Shown here piece after piece: positions 46,701-55,574 of a DNA stretch of 64,000 nucleotides. Position 1 is the first letter of the stretch. Each line of letters starts with the position of its first letter. The notes beneath the pieces are model-generated. The model was not told where the DNA came from. It did no database searches and saw only the letters and a program-made list of their open reading frames with translations. The stretch covers positions 7,895-71,894 of the IMG/VR virus record IMGVR_UViG_3300030376_004503; one strand, given 5' to 3'. Both the position numbers and the translations under genes were made by a program. Origin of the DNA: a virus. Taxonomy: Duplodnaviria; Caudoviricetes.

Positions 46701-47302
46701 AGTAAAGCATCTCCTGTTGGGTCAGTATAAGCAGCGTTATCAATAACAGGTTCTACTTGACTACTGAATTCTATTGTTTCTTCTTGGGTTCCGTCGGCAT
46801 TCAAAGTTACCGTGTGTCCAACTAAACAAGCGTTACATACTGTAAAACATTCTGCTCCGCCTTTCATATGAATTGCAAGTCTGTATCCGTAAAAGTTATC
46901 TGGTTCTGTTAATCCATCTGCTAATGAACCAGCTTCGTTTACTCCCCATCTTCCGATATCACCAGATGAATCACCACTATACATTATATCAAAATTGGCA
47001 TTCTTTCTTTTTAATGTTAAACTAACTGTAGTTTCTTTGTGTACTTCAGCCTTTAATGGAGTTCTGTGCCCTAAGTAGGATATATCTTCATCCATTGCTC
47101 CGATACCCAAATCTAAACCTACTACATCAGCCATTGCGTTACTAGTGCTTAACTCAGTACCACCGCGTTTTTTAATAGTCGGATTTGATGTAGTTGTTGA
47201 TAGGGTGTACAAACCCGTCGCTCCACTAGCAACTAAAACACCTGTGGTATTGTGTTCGGTTGTTAATGCAACTTTTACGTCACTTCCAAGGAAATATGCC
47301 AT
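46697..47302 (-). CDS. Major tail (tube) protein, paralogue 1
   Basis: YFLGSDV..., DEDISYLGHRTPLKAEVH, CLVGHTVTLNADGTQEETIE; has its own promoter. Confidence 0.7.
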   Translation of the reverse strand: MAYFLGSDVKVALTTEHNTTGVLVASGATGLYTLSTTTSNPTIKKRGGTELSTSNAMADVVGLDLGIGAMDEDISYLGHRTPLKAEVHKETTVSLTLKRKNANFDIMYSGDSSGDIGRWGVNEAGSLADGLTEPDNFYGYRLAIHMKGGAECFTVCNACLVGHTVTLNADGTQEETIEFSSQVEPVIDNAAYTDPTGDALL

Positions 47303-47338
47303 ATTTTGAAACCTCTAACTTTAATTAGTTCTCAATAT

Positions 47339-47352
47339 TATATAAAGGTTTT
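47339..47352 (-). promoter_or_regulatory. BRE/TATA promoter of the tail tube operon
   Basis: Minus strand aaaaccTTTATATA. Confidence 0.7.
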
Positions 47353-47355
47353 CCT

Positions 47356-49695
47356 CTAACCGGCCATTGGGCCGCCTTCCCAATCACCTTGCACGTAGTA
47401 TCCGTGTGGTCTACGACCTACATTCTGTGCTTGTCCTAAATATTTAGTACTATGAACGAATGGACCTAATCTAACTGGCCCTGCCCAAGTTCTAGCTAAA
47501 CTTGGAGGAGCAGCTGTTACCCCTCCTCCAGCATAAGTGGCTACCCACTCTTTCCATTGAGCTTCAATATTATTATTAATTTGATGTTGTAATTTATGAG
47601 ACTCTTCTTGCCATTTCATAGCCCACTGTTTGAAAGCTCCACCTTCCATATTATGTAAATCAAAGAATCCTCCAAACCCATCAGGTTCTCCCCACCAAGT
47701 TTCAGCACCAGTATCTACTAAAGCTTTTAATTGTTGTGCAAAATCACCTACAGATATAGCACTAGTAAAAAATGCTACACTCTGAGCTGGACTGAAGTCA
47801 CCCATAAACATACGAGCAGCTTCACCAGTTTGTGTAGCCATTGTCATTCCTAAATATTGGGCTCCTATACCAGTCTTCCAAAACTCAGCAGTAGTAGCTT
47901 GATGTGCATTTAAAACTTCTTGACTTTTCATTGAAACAATTTCGTACTCTTGCAATGTCATAGGTATATCAGGTATAAAATGAATACCGTCTTCAGTACC
48001 AAACTGTTTACTTTTAAATGGTATATATATTTCTGCATATGGTCTATTACGTGGACCTTCAGGCACAATTCTTACATTTAAAGACACTCTCAAAAGACCA
48101 CCCTTCAATGGAATATGTAAGTCAACTCCTCTTTTCTCTCTGTCTATGTTCTGCCATCCCCATTCACTACCACTTTCTCCCTGCACTTTACCAAATCTAT
48201 TAGCCATTAAATACTTAGCTTCATCGTTTAATACTCCAAAGTCACTCATAAAACCTTTTACTATTTCAGCTTTAAAATCTCCGGCGCCACCTCTACCATA
48301 ACCTTCGAGACCTCCTAAAAACTTAGCTGTCTCACTATATCCTGAACCAAAACCTTTAGGAAATTTACCTAACGATTCCATTCCTTCAACACCAGTACGC
48401 CACAGGGATTTAGGTACATAGGGCTCAGGAATTATCTCGTTAAGTTGTTTTAATTCGTCATTTACTGTCTTTGCCATCCATCTTATAAAATTTTTAGCCT
48501 GAGGTATAGACATAATACCTGAAGAAACCTTTGGGTCACTTAATACCTTTTTAGGGTCCATCTTGGCATTCTTTTGATATTCTTGAAAAGCTTTAGGAAA
48601 CATCTGGTCAAGACTTTTTTTCTCAAACGATGCACGTAACATTCTAGGGTCAGCTACTTCCATATTATTAGCAATAAGATGTCCACCATCCCCAGTAATG
48701 TCACTACCCTCATTTTTCGATGGACCAACGCGTGATACTCCCATATCTAATTCTGTAAAGTCAGGGTCAAAATCAGTAAAACCGGGCACTGTATCATAGT
48801 CTGTGTAAGGTGCTCCTCTTTGTTTCAAACCTTCATCACCTCCGGGTCTGTCGTAACTAACTGCTAGTAATCTATTTTTATAATATTGATATTTAGCTGG
48901 GTCTTCACTAAGTTTAGAGTCTAATAACTTTTTCGCATATTCGTGTTGTAAAAATCCATAACTTGTGTAAACAAATTCCTTCATATTCTTTGTTGGTCTA
49001 CCATACTTTTTCCACGAAGCATTAAACTTTCTTATAGCTTTCTTTGCCCATTGTGGATTTGAAGCAGCCTCACTTCCTATTTTTGGAGTTATGTAATTTT
49101 CAAATTGACTATAAGATAAACCTAGTTCTTTAAATGATGGTACCATTTCTTGACCACTCAAATCAACTACACCTGACCTCTTGTTAGCATTTTGTGCTAC
49201 TAAAGAAAATAAATCAGCTGCAGCTAACTGGGATTTACCTCTCAAGATGTGCATCTTTCCTTTCTGTTGTTCTAAATATGCTTGCATCAAACGGTCAGAC
49301 TCTACCCTAGCACTACCCAATCCTGTCCCTTTAGTCTCAGGTATACCGGGTTGAAGACTTTCCATATACCCACCTTTACCAGTGCCATTCCATCCTGTAC
49401 CCTTTCTACCTGCCCAGAATCTACGAGCAGCTCTTTTGTTAGGGTCACCTTCGTTTATAGATGTCTCTAATCTACCATCTTTAGCTCCCTGATAAACCAT
49501 CTGAGAGTAATACTTTTTACGCATATACTCTTCGTCTGCAAGTGCAGGTTCGTTATTTCTTAGTATAGGTTCGAAAGTAAAACCGTCATTGTCTCCCCTT
49601 CTTTCATAAACATATTGTTTTTGTACAGCCTCTTTTCTAGCTAACAATGCTGCAAAACCTATTTGCATAAACTTACGCATATCTTCGTCTGCCAT
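47356..49695 (-). CDS. Uncharacterised 779-aa protein in the neck/tail-completion block
   Basis: ORF track; no recognisable domain. Confidence 0.75.
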   Translation of the reverse strand: MADEDMRKFMQIGFAALLARKEAVQKQYVYERRGDNDGFTFEPILRNNEPALADEEYMRKKYYSQMVYQGAKDGRLETSINEGDPNKRAARRFWAGRKGTGWNGTGKGGYMESLQPGIPETKGTGLGSARVESDRLMQAYLEQQKGKMHILRGKSQLAAADLFSLVAQNANKRSGVVDLSGQEMVPSFKELGLSYSQFENYITPKIGSEAASNPQWAKKAIRKFNASWKKYGRPTKNMKEFVYTSYGFLQHEYAKKLLDSKLSEDPAKYQYYKNRLLAVSYDRPGGDEGLKQRGAPYTDYDTVPGFTDFDPDFTELDMGVSRVGPSKNEGSDITGDGGHLIANNMEVADPRMLRASFEKKSLDQMFPKAFQEYQKNAKMDPKKVLSDPKVSSGIMSIPQAKNFIRWMAKTVNDELKQLNEIIPEPYVPKSLWRTGVEGMESLGKFPKGFGSGYSETAKFLGGLEGYGRGGAGDFKAEIVKGFMSDFGVLNDEAKYLMANRFGKVQGESGSEWGWQNIDREKRGVDLHIPLKGGLLRVSLNVRIVPEGPRNRPYAEIYIPFKSKQFGTEDGIHFIPDIPMTLQEYEIVSMKSQEVLNAHQATTAEFWKTGIGAQYLGMTMATQTGEAARMFMGDFSPAQSVAFFTSAISVGDFAQQLKALVDTGAETWWGEPDGFGGFFDLHNMEGGAFKQWAMKWQEESHKLQHQINNNIEAQWKEWVATYAGGGVTAAPPSLARTWAGPVRLGPFVHSTKYLGQAQNVGRRPHGYYVQGDWEGGPMAG

Positions 49696-50204
49696 TATCT
49701 ATAATTCTTAAAGGCAATCATATATACAGCAGATGCGCCATACATTTCTAATGCAGGGTCATATCCAATATCAGACCAATTGTTTAAGTCTTGCTGTAAT
49801 ACTTCAGTGCCAGCGTACCAAGAACCTCCACTAGCTGAACCCATATCTGTTAACACGTTTGCGACGTTTAACATTAAATAATTAAGTAATCTTCTTCCTT
49901 TGTAAACTACAACTGAATCGTCATCTTGTGTGACTGACAATTTAGAATCTTTAGCAATAACCAGATGATAGGTAAATATAACACCAACAATTTCTCCTGT
50001 CTTTACCTCACTACCAAAGGTAACTTGCTCTGCCATAAACTTATCGAAACGTCCTGAACTAGTTATCTCTGAAATAATCGCGGGGTACTGAACGTCTGCG
50101 GCCTCAGGATACTGTCCATAAATGTGTGCATCAGGAAAGGTAGTCCTAAGTTGGTCTATAACTGCCCTCTCAATATCATTAATAAAATCTTTTGGTGCGC
50201 CCAT
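49695..50204 (-). CDS. Putative tail terminator/completion protein
   Basis: Size, position and the ...YGQYPE..QYPAII pattern. Confidence 0.55.
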   Translation of the reverse strand: MGAPKDFINDIERAVIDQLRTTFPDAHIYGQYPEAADVQYPAIISEITSSGRFDKFMAEQVTFGSEVKTGEIVGVIFTYHLVIAKDSKLSVTQDDDSVVVYKGRRLLNYLMLNVANVLTDMGSASGGSWYAGTEVLQQDLNNWSDIGYDPALEMYGASAVYMIAFKNYR

Positions 50205-50210
50205 ATTTAT

Positions 50211-51197
50211 CTACGGTGTGTTGTAACCAGTACCGTAAGCCCTCCTTATCTTATCTCTTTTACCTGTTGTTCTTACACAATCAAATACCATATATTCATC
50301 ATTATAATCGTTTACCTTTTGTACCGACCATTTAGATGATTTGTAAAATTTTAAATCTTTAATGTATAATTTACTACTAGCTCCGGATACATCAAACTCT
50401 AAGTTATTAAACGCATAAGTACCATTCTTCCAACTTGCACCTTGTGTAACGTTAAATCCATATCTAGTACCACTTAGATAAACACTAGACAATGAGGTTC
50501 CTGAAGTATATGGGACATCTATAGTTAACCATTCTTCATTAGGAACTTTAACGTTAGAAGATGTAGAACTAGCATTGATTCCGTACTTCCAAGCAGCAGT
50601 TGTTCCACTGGCATATACGTTCACGCCTTTGAAATAAAGAGTGCCACTAGCTTTCATTTGAAATGTAAGTCTATCAGATTCTAAAATATTAGCTCCTGCA
50701 TTAGTGTAAGTAAACGTACCAGAAGCACTTGCCCCTAATGTAACAGTAAGAGTAGTCCCACCATAACCTTCAGCTGCAAAAGTAGAAATCATTGTTCCTG
50801 ATGCCCACCCTGTGTTACTAGATATAGTAGGCACAAATATAGTTCTATCGTAATCAATCAACTGGTCAAACCCAGTTATATCATTAAAGTTAGTATTGTC
50901 ATCTTGATTTAGATTAGGGTAATTTTTTAAAGTAGTTATGTTAGGTAAATAAATTCTAGCCTTACCTGTAATATTATGTCCACCTCTTTCTACTACGTAA
51001 TCTTTGTCAACTATGTTTCGAATATAAGCATTAACGTTAGGCACATTAATTTCGTTAGAAACAACTGTATTACTTTCTACTCCGTAATTATCTTTACCAT
51101 AAATAGGTGGTCTGTAGTAAACTACTCTTCTAGACTGTCCAGTACGGAAACTCAATTTTTTGAGTAGACCAGACATATTGATTCCTATTTTACCCAT
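50211..51197 (-). CDS. Putative head-closure protein with an internal beta-sandwich insertion
   Basis: Stopper-like N- and C-termini flank a ~170-aa Ser/Thr/Gly-rich insert. Confidence 0.5.
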   Translation of the reverse strand: MGKIGINMSGLLKKLSFRTGQSRRVVYYRPPIYGKDNYGVESNTVVSNEINVPNVNAYIRNIVDKDYVVERGGHNITGKARIYLPNITTLKNYPNLNQDDNTNFNDITGFDQLIDYDRTIFVPTISSNTGWASGTMISTFAAEGYGGTTLTVTLGASASGTFTYTNAGANILESDRLTFQMKASGTLYFKGVNVYASGTTAAWKYGINASSTSSNVKVPNEEWLTIDVPYTSGTSLSSVYLSGTRYGFNVTQGASWKNGTYAFNNLEFDVSGASSKLYIKDLKFYKSSKWSVQKVNDYNDEYMVFDCVRTTGKRDKIRRAYGTGYNTP

Positions 51198-51204
51198 ATT
51201 TTAC

Positions 51205-51669
51205 CTACTTATTATAATTCATACCACGTGGTTTCTTTCTGAAATCCAAGGTACTATCCACACCTGTAACGTTCTTGTCCCAATTGACTCTGCCCAGATA
51301 TGGGTCTGCATTATAAGTAGTTTTCTTGATACTAATACCAAGTTTCATTGATAACAATTCTAATGCTAATTCTACAAAGTTAGCAAACTCAGCATTGTTG
51401 TATTTAACATCCACATCTGCAAGTTTAATCTGACTAATACCCATTCCACTTTCTACAATTGAGCCTAAATAACAGGTGTAATATACGACAGCTTGGTCAT
51501 ATGCAGCATCACTACCTAACGAATAAGTTAAACCAGTTTGCACATCAAACCAGTCTACAGACATATCAGCTAGTATGTCTAAATTAGTGTCATCTAGTTC
51601 CTCTGAAGAAATACCGGCTAATAATCTTACCTTATTTCGGAAAGCAGCTGTCCACGTTGGGTATGCCAT
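51205..51669 (-). CDS. Putative head-tail adaptor
   Basis: VRLLAGI...YDQAVVYYTCYL...IKLADVDVKY pattern, plus position. Confidence 0.55.
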   Translation of the reverse strand: MAYPTWTAAFRNKVRLLAGISSEELDDTNLDILADMSVDWFDVQTGLTYSLGSDAAYDQAVVYYTCYLGSIVESGMGISQIKLADVDVKYNNAEFANFVELALELLSMKLGISIKKTTYNADPYLGRVNWDKNVTGVDSTLDFRKKPRGMNYNK

Positions 51670-51884
51670 TATACTACCCCCATCATCATTGCGCCGCTAC
51701 CTGTTGCTATTGTTACCACTATACCAATCCACCATCGCATTTGTAATCTTAAATCATTTTCCCACATTTCGTGGTGATGCAAATGATTAGTAAAAAGAGT
51801 TTCAAAACCTTCCATTCTTGTAAAGATGGTTTTCACCCGTTCGTCCATCCGAACCAGCAACTCCTCTTTTTCTCTATCATCCAT
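51669..51884 (-). CDS. Small coiled-coil protein with C-terminal TM segment
   Basis: LLVRMDERVK...WWIGIVVTIA; GGTGAGG SD. Confidence 0.6.
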   Translation of the reverse strand: MDDREKEELLVRMDERVKTIFTRMEGFETLFTNHLHHHEMWENDLRLQMRWWIGIVVTIATGSGAMMMGVV

Positions 51885-51903
51885 ATTTAAATACCTCACC
51901 AAT

Positions 51904-51918
51904 TATATTAAAAGGTTT
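51904..51918 (-). promoter_or_regulatory. Probable BRE/TATA promoter
   Basis: Minus strand aaaccTTTTAATATA. Confidence 0.45.
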
Positions 51919-51920
51919 GT

Positions 51921-54900
51921 CTAATCGTTTAACTCCTCCGTATCGAAGTAAGAGTCTAAATCATCCATTAAATCGATAGGTTCGTATTCGTGTGGTGTAG
52001 AACCGTCATCGTGTATAGTACCACCATACACATCGCTTCTTATCCACTCTCCTTGACTATTATCAAAATCTTGTGTATAGAAATCTGCATTTGTAACAAT
52101 ACGAACATACCCTGCATTAACTAATGTGTTACATTGTTCGTTGTTTGCGTTAGAATCAAAGTTGAAATAAGACCTGTGTGAACCGTTAGCTAATATCTTA
52201 ACGTCGTTTACAGTACCTATTGAAGCTGCCTCTTCTATTTTTTGGTAGTTTAACCAGTCGTTAGTGCCACTTGTAGCAATATAGTACTCTGTGGTACCCT
52301 TATGTGACTTTGAGGCAAATTTGGACCCTACAATCAATTCTCTGTTAGCTAACTCAAAAGTAGAGTTTGTAAACACAGTTGGTGTTACACCAGTTCCTAT
52401 GTATAATTTACCAGTGTGTGCAGCACCACTCAAAGTATTGGCGTTCCAATTACCTGCGGTTGCCCAAGGACTTGAACCAGTAAGAGTAGCAGTATTTCCA
52501 GAGCCACTCATATCAGATATACTTGTTCCTAACCCTTCATTAAATTGATACCATCCACAACATTTTGTATCATCTATACTACTTGCATCAACAGCACCCC
52601 AGTCGTAAAACATCATTTGCCTAACTTGAGGGCCTGTAAGCGCAGTTTTCCAAATAGAAGCTCTAGCTATGTTACCTTCCCAAGGCCAATCTCCATTATC
52701 TCTAAGAGTTCCTATACAAGCTTTAGTTAAACCATAAGGGCTTCCAGATAAAGCAAATGACTTAAGTAATTTCCCATCTGCATAAACTTTACCAGTAGAA
52801 CCGTCCCACGTAAAACAAATGTTTACCCACTTATCTACTACCCAATTATAATCAATGTCAGTGTAACTTGAGTTTACTGATTCGTGTTTAACTCTAATTT
52901 TATTCAGGGTATTAGAAGATAAAATACCACCTTTTGAACCATCAGTACCAATCATTGTATTTTCATAAGGAGCTTCAGAAGGTTTTACCCACGCTTCAAG
53001 AGTAACAGCGGTAGCTGTACCCATCCCATCTCCCATAGTTGCATATTCATTGCCATCCAAATCTAACGCAGAAGAACTAGTAAAGAATCCACCACGTGTA
53101 TTGAAAGTACCAGTGTTTTGTATTTTAAATACGTTAGTACTACTAGATACAGTTCCTCCGTTCAAAACCCTTATAGACTTTAACATCTGTGATTCAGATG
53201 TAGAACCTATTGGTCTATTACTTGCACTAAATTGTTTGCCAACTATTAAGTTACTGTTACGGAAAACTGAATCTTGATTGATACGAGCATCTGCATTCCA
53301 GAATACATTTTCCCAACCATTATTCAAATAACCACCATTTGGACTATAATATCCTGTAGAGTTCCACCATAGTGTTGCACCATCACCACGTCCGTAACTA
53401 GTAGCACTATTATCTTGTAAATAACTAGCTGTACCATCAAATATAACAGTAGCACCACTAACTATTTCCTTAGTACCATCACCCGGTAAGAAATTACCAC
53501 CGTATTTAACCCACGTTCCACTTGTAACGGTTAAAGTTTGTGTTGTACTATCATTAGTTGTAAGACCTCCTTGGAAATCTACGTTACTTACATTTATAGT
53601 AGCGTTATCGTCAGATGTTTGTGCATCAGTAAATATAACATTGTTTAAAGTAGTAGTTGCAGTATGGAAATCAAATTTAGTGCCTGAAACAACAGCAGGG
53701 AAAGCTTCAGAAGCTCCTGATATAATAGGGTTAATAGCAGACTTAATACCTACTCCTACGTTTGTAACTAAATATCCTGTACTAGATGTAGTTCCAATTG
53801 CCCAATTAGCTCCATCCTTGTAAAACCCAGTAGCTCCACCACCATCTCCAGTAGTAGCCCAAGTATCTTCAACAATAAACCCACTGTGTGCATACCCGAA
53901 CCCAGTGTTTAACTTATTAAAAATAGTTCGAGATGAACCTGTAATTATAGTGTCACCTCCTGCACCATATTCCATAGTAACACTTCCACTATTATGGTGA
54001 AAAGTACCATCGTTACTAAAGACAGCCGGGATTGCACCATTTCCAACAGTTGTCAGGTCAGTACTAGCATACATATTACCACCTGACTTAATATCTACTG
54101 AACCTATTGAAGAAGAAACTTCAAAATCGCCACCAACATAACCATAGTTTCCTCCAGATTGAACTTCAAGAGCTCCAGAAATTACCATTGTATGGGATGG
54201 TGCTGTGGGTCTAAAAGAACCTTCTTTTATAGTTGCATTGTTTGCTATTGTAAAAGCGTAAGGAGCACTTCCCTTTCCTCTCCAGTTTACACGATTAGTA
54301 GGAGCAGGTAAAGTTTGTTCGTAATTATAAAACATACTTTGGTTTCTAACAACTGTAGCATCTGTACCAGTGAAGTTAATAGCTACATTTCCATTATTAT
54401 GTACGAATGTTCCTTCCGGATTATACATAGTATATCCACCAATAACTTTGTTAAGTACTAAAGTACCAGTAGGTGCCTTAAAATATGAACCTTCGGACAT
54501 ATATAGACGTCCCCAAGTATTAGTGCCTCCTTGGTTTGCATAGTTACCCCAATAAGCCCATCCTTGTAGCTCAACACTTCCACTGATTGTACTACCGTAA
54601 GTACTTTTATCTATACCACCAGAAGTTAAAACAGTCAAGTCGTTACCAACTAAGATGTTACTTACAGCCTGTAAACCTAAATGACGTGATGGGCTATCTC
54701 CATCTCGGAACCCTACACTCATATTGTATAAATATCCACCGTCACCGTTACTAGATTGTCCTGTACCATCAGCAGGCCTATCATTGTTTTTATAATTATT
54801 GTAAGTTGCATTTTCTGATGTTTGACCAATTGCTAATAAACCTACACCACCAAACTGTATAGTACCATTGTTATGATAAACTGTTCCTTTAAGATTATTT

Positions 54901-55574
54901 TCCCAAACATAATGGTCACTGTCATTACCTGAGTATGGACCTAACACTTCAATAGTTCCGCCATTACCCACAAAGACTCCGTTATTACCGTTAAATATAA
55001 CACTCTGTACTGAAATTGAACCAGAAGAATCCCAGTTATTATAACCAGCATTATTCACAGTTGCTACGTTACCTGCTGAAAATGTACCACTAGCACCTAT
55101 GTAAACGTGCCCTATTTTTGTAGTATTAGTAGCAGTAGTATTTCCTATACGAGCTGTACCTGATACTATAGTTAATGAATTTTCAATACCCATATAATTA
55201 GCACTTGATTCTCTAGTAACTAACAACACTGGGTCTGTTGCACGAGGGTTACTTCCTTGGTCAACTATTAAATCGTAAAATTGTCCCTTTCTACCTGTAG
55301 TAGCGTTAACTGGAGCAGCGCCATCAGTGTTAACTTGAGTTCCACCACCATATGTAATTTTAACAGTACCACTTTGATGATATAAATAATCTGAACTACC
55401 TTGCCATTGATAAGCAAAAGCAAGATTACTTCTTTCACCTGTAAGGGTAAAAGTGCCGTCGGGAAGATAAACTCTCCCAGTTCCAGCTGTGTTATATTCT
55501 GCCCAAAACCATTCTGCGGTTAAGTCTCCACTTCCCGAAAATACTCCTCCTCCTGATACGTGTATACCTGCCAT
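51921..55574 (-). CDS. Large virion fibre/surface protein (beta-helix-like repeats plus LamG)
   Basis: Four xxH[NQ]xG[TSN] modules; LamG VTLEAWVKP...WVNICFTWDG..YADG...GNIA. Confidence 0.7.
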   Translation of the reverse strand: MAGIHVSGGGVFSGSGDLTAEWFWAEYNTAGTGRVYLPDGTFTLTGERSNLAFAYQWQGSSDYLYHQSGTVKITYGGGTQVNTDGAAPVNATTGRKGQFYDLIVDQGSNPRATDPVLLVTRESSANYMGIENSLTIVSGTARIGNTTATNTTKIGHVYIGASGTFSAGNVATVNNAGYNNWDSSGSISVQSVIFNGNNGVFVGNGGTIEVLGPYSGNDSDHYVWENNLKGTVYHNNGTIQFGGVGLLAIGQTSENATYNNYKNNDRPADGTGQSSNGDGGYLYNMSVGFRDGDSPSRHLGLQAVSNILVGNDLTVLTSGGIDKSTYGSTISGSVELQGWAYWGNYANQGGTNTWGRLYMSEGSYFKAPTGTLVLNKVIGGYTMYNPEGTFVHNNGNVAINFTGTDATVVRNQSMFYNYEQTLPAPTNRVNWRGKGSAPYAFTIANNATIKEGSFRPTAPSHTMVISGALEVQSGGNYGYVGGDFEVSSSIGSVDIKSGGNMYASTDLTTVGNGAIPAVFSNDGTFHHNSGSVTMEYGAGGDTIITGSSRTIFNKLNTGFGYAHSGFIVEDTWATTGDGGGATGFYKDGANWAIGTTSSTGYLVTNVGVGIKSAINPIISGASEAFPAVVSGTKFDFHTATTTLNNVIFTDAQTSDDNATINVSNVDFQGGLTTNDSTTQTLTVTSGTWVKYGGNFLPGDGTKEIVSGATVIFDGTASYLQDNSATSYGRGDGATLWWNSTGYYSPNGGYLNNGWENVFWNADARINQDSVFRNSNLIVGKQFSASNRPIGSTSESQMLKSIRVLNGGTVSSSTNVFKIQNTGTFNTRGGFFTSSSALDLDGNEYATMGDGMGTATAVTLEAWVKPSEAPYENTMIGTDGSKGGILSSNTLNKIRVKHESVNSSYTDIDYNWVVDKWVNICFTWDGSTGKVYADGKLLKSFALSGSPYGLTKACIGTLRDNGDWPWEGNIARASIWKTALTGPQVRQMMFYDWGAVDASSIDDTKCCGWYQFNEGLGTSISDMSGSGNTATLTGSSPWATAGNWNANTLSGAAHTGKLYIGTGVTPTVFTNSTFELANRELIVGSKFASKSHKGTTEYYIATSGTNDWLNYQKIEEAASIGTVNDVKILANGSHRSYFNFDSNANNEQCNTLVNAGYVRIVTNADFYTQDFDNSQGEWIRSDVYGGTIHDDGSTPHEYEPIDLMDDLDSYFDTEELND

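Noticed and set aside
48760-48800. DFDPD in the 779-aa protein as an RNA polymerase DxDGD-like motif
   Set aside because: An isolated match with no double-psi barrel context that I can see; late genes use host-type TATA promoters.
45657-51669. Contractile tail sheath (myovirus morphology)
   Set aside because: No sheath-sized gene next to the tube genes; the G/GT chaperones and tape measure fit a siphovirus.
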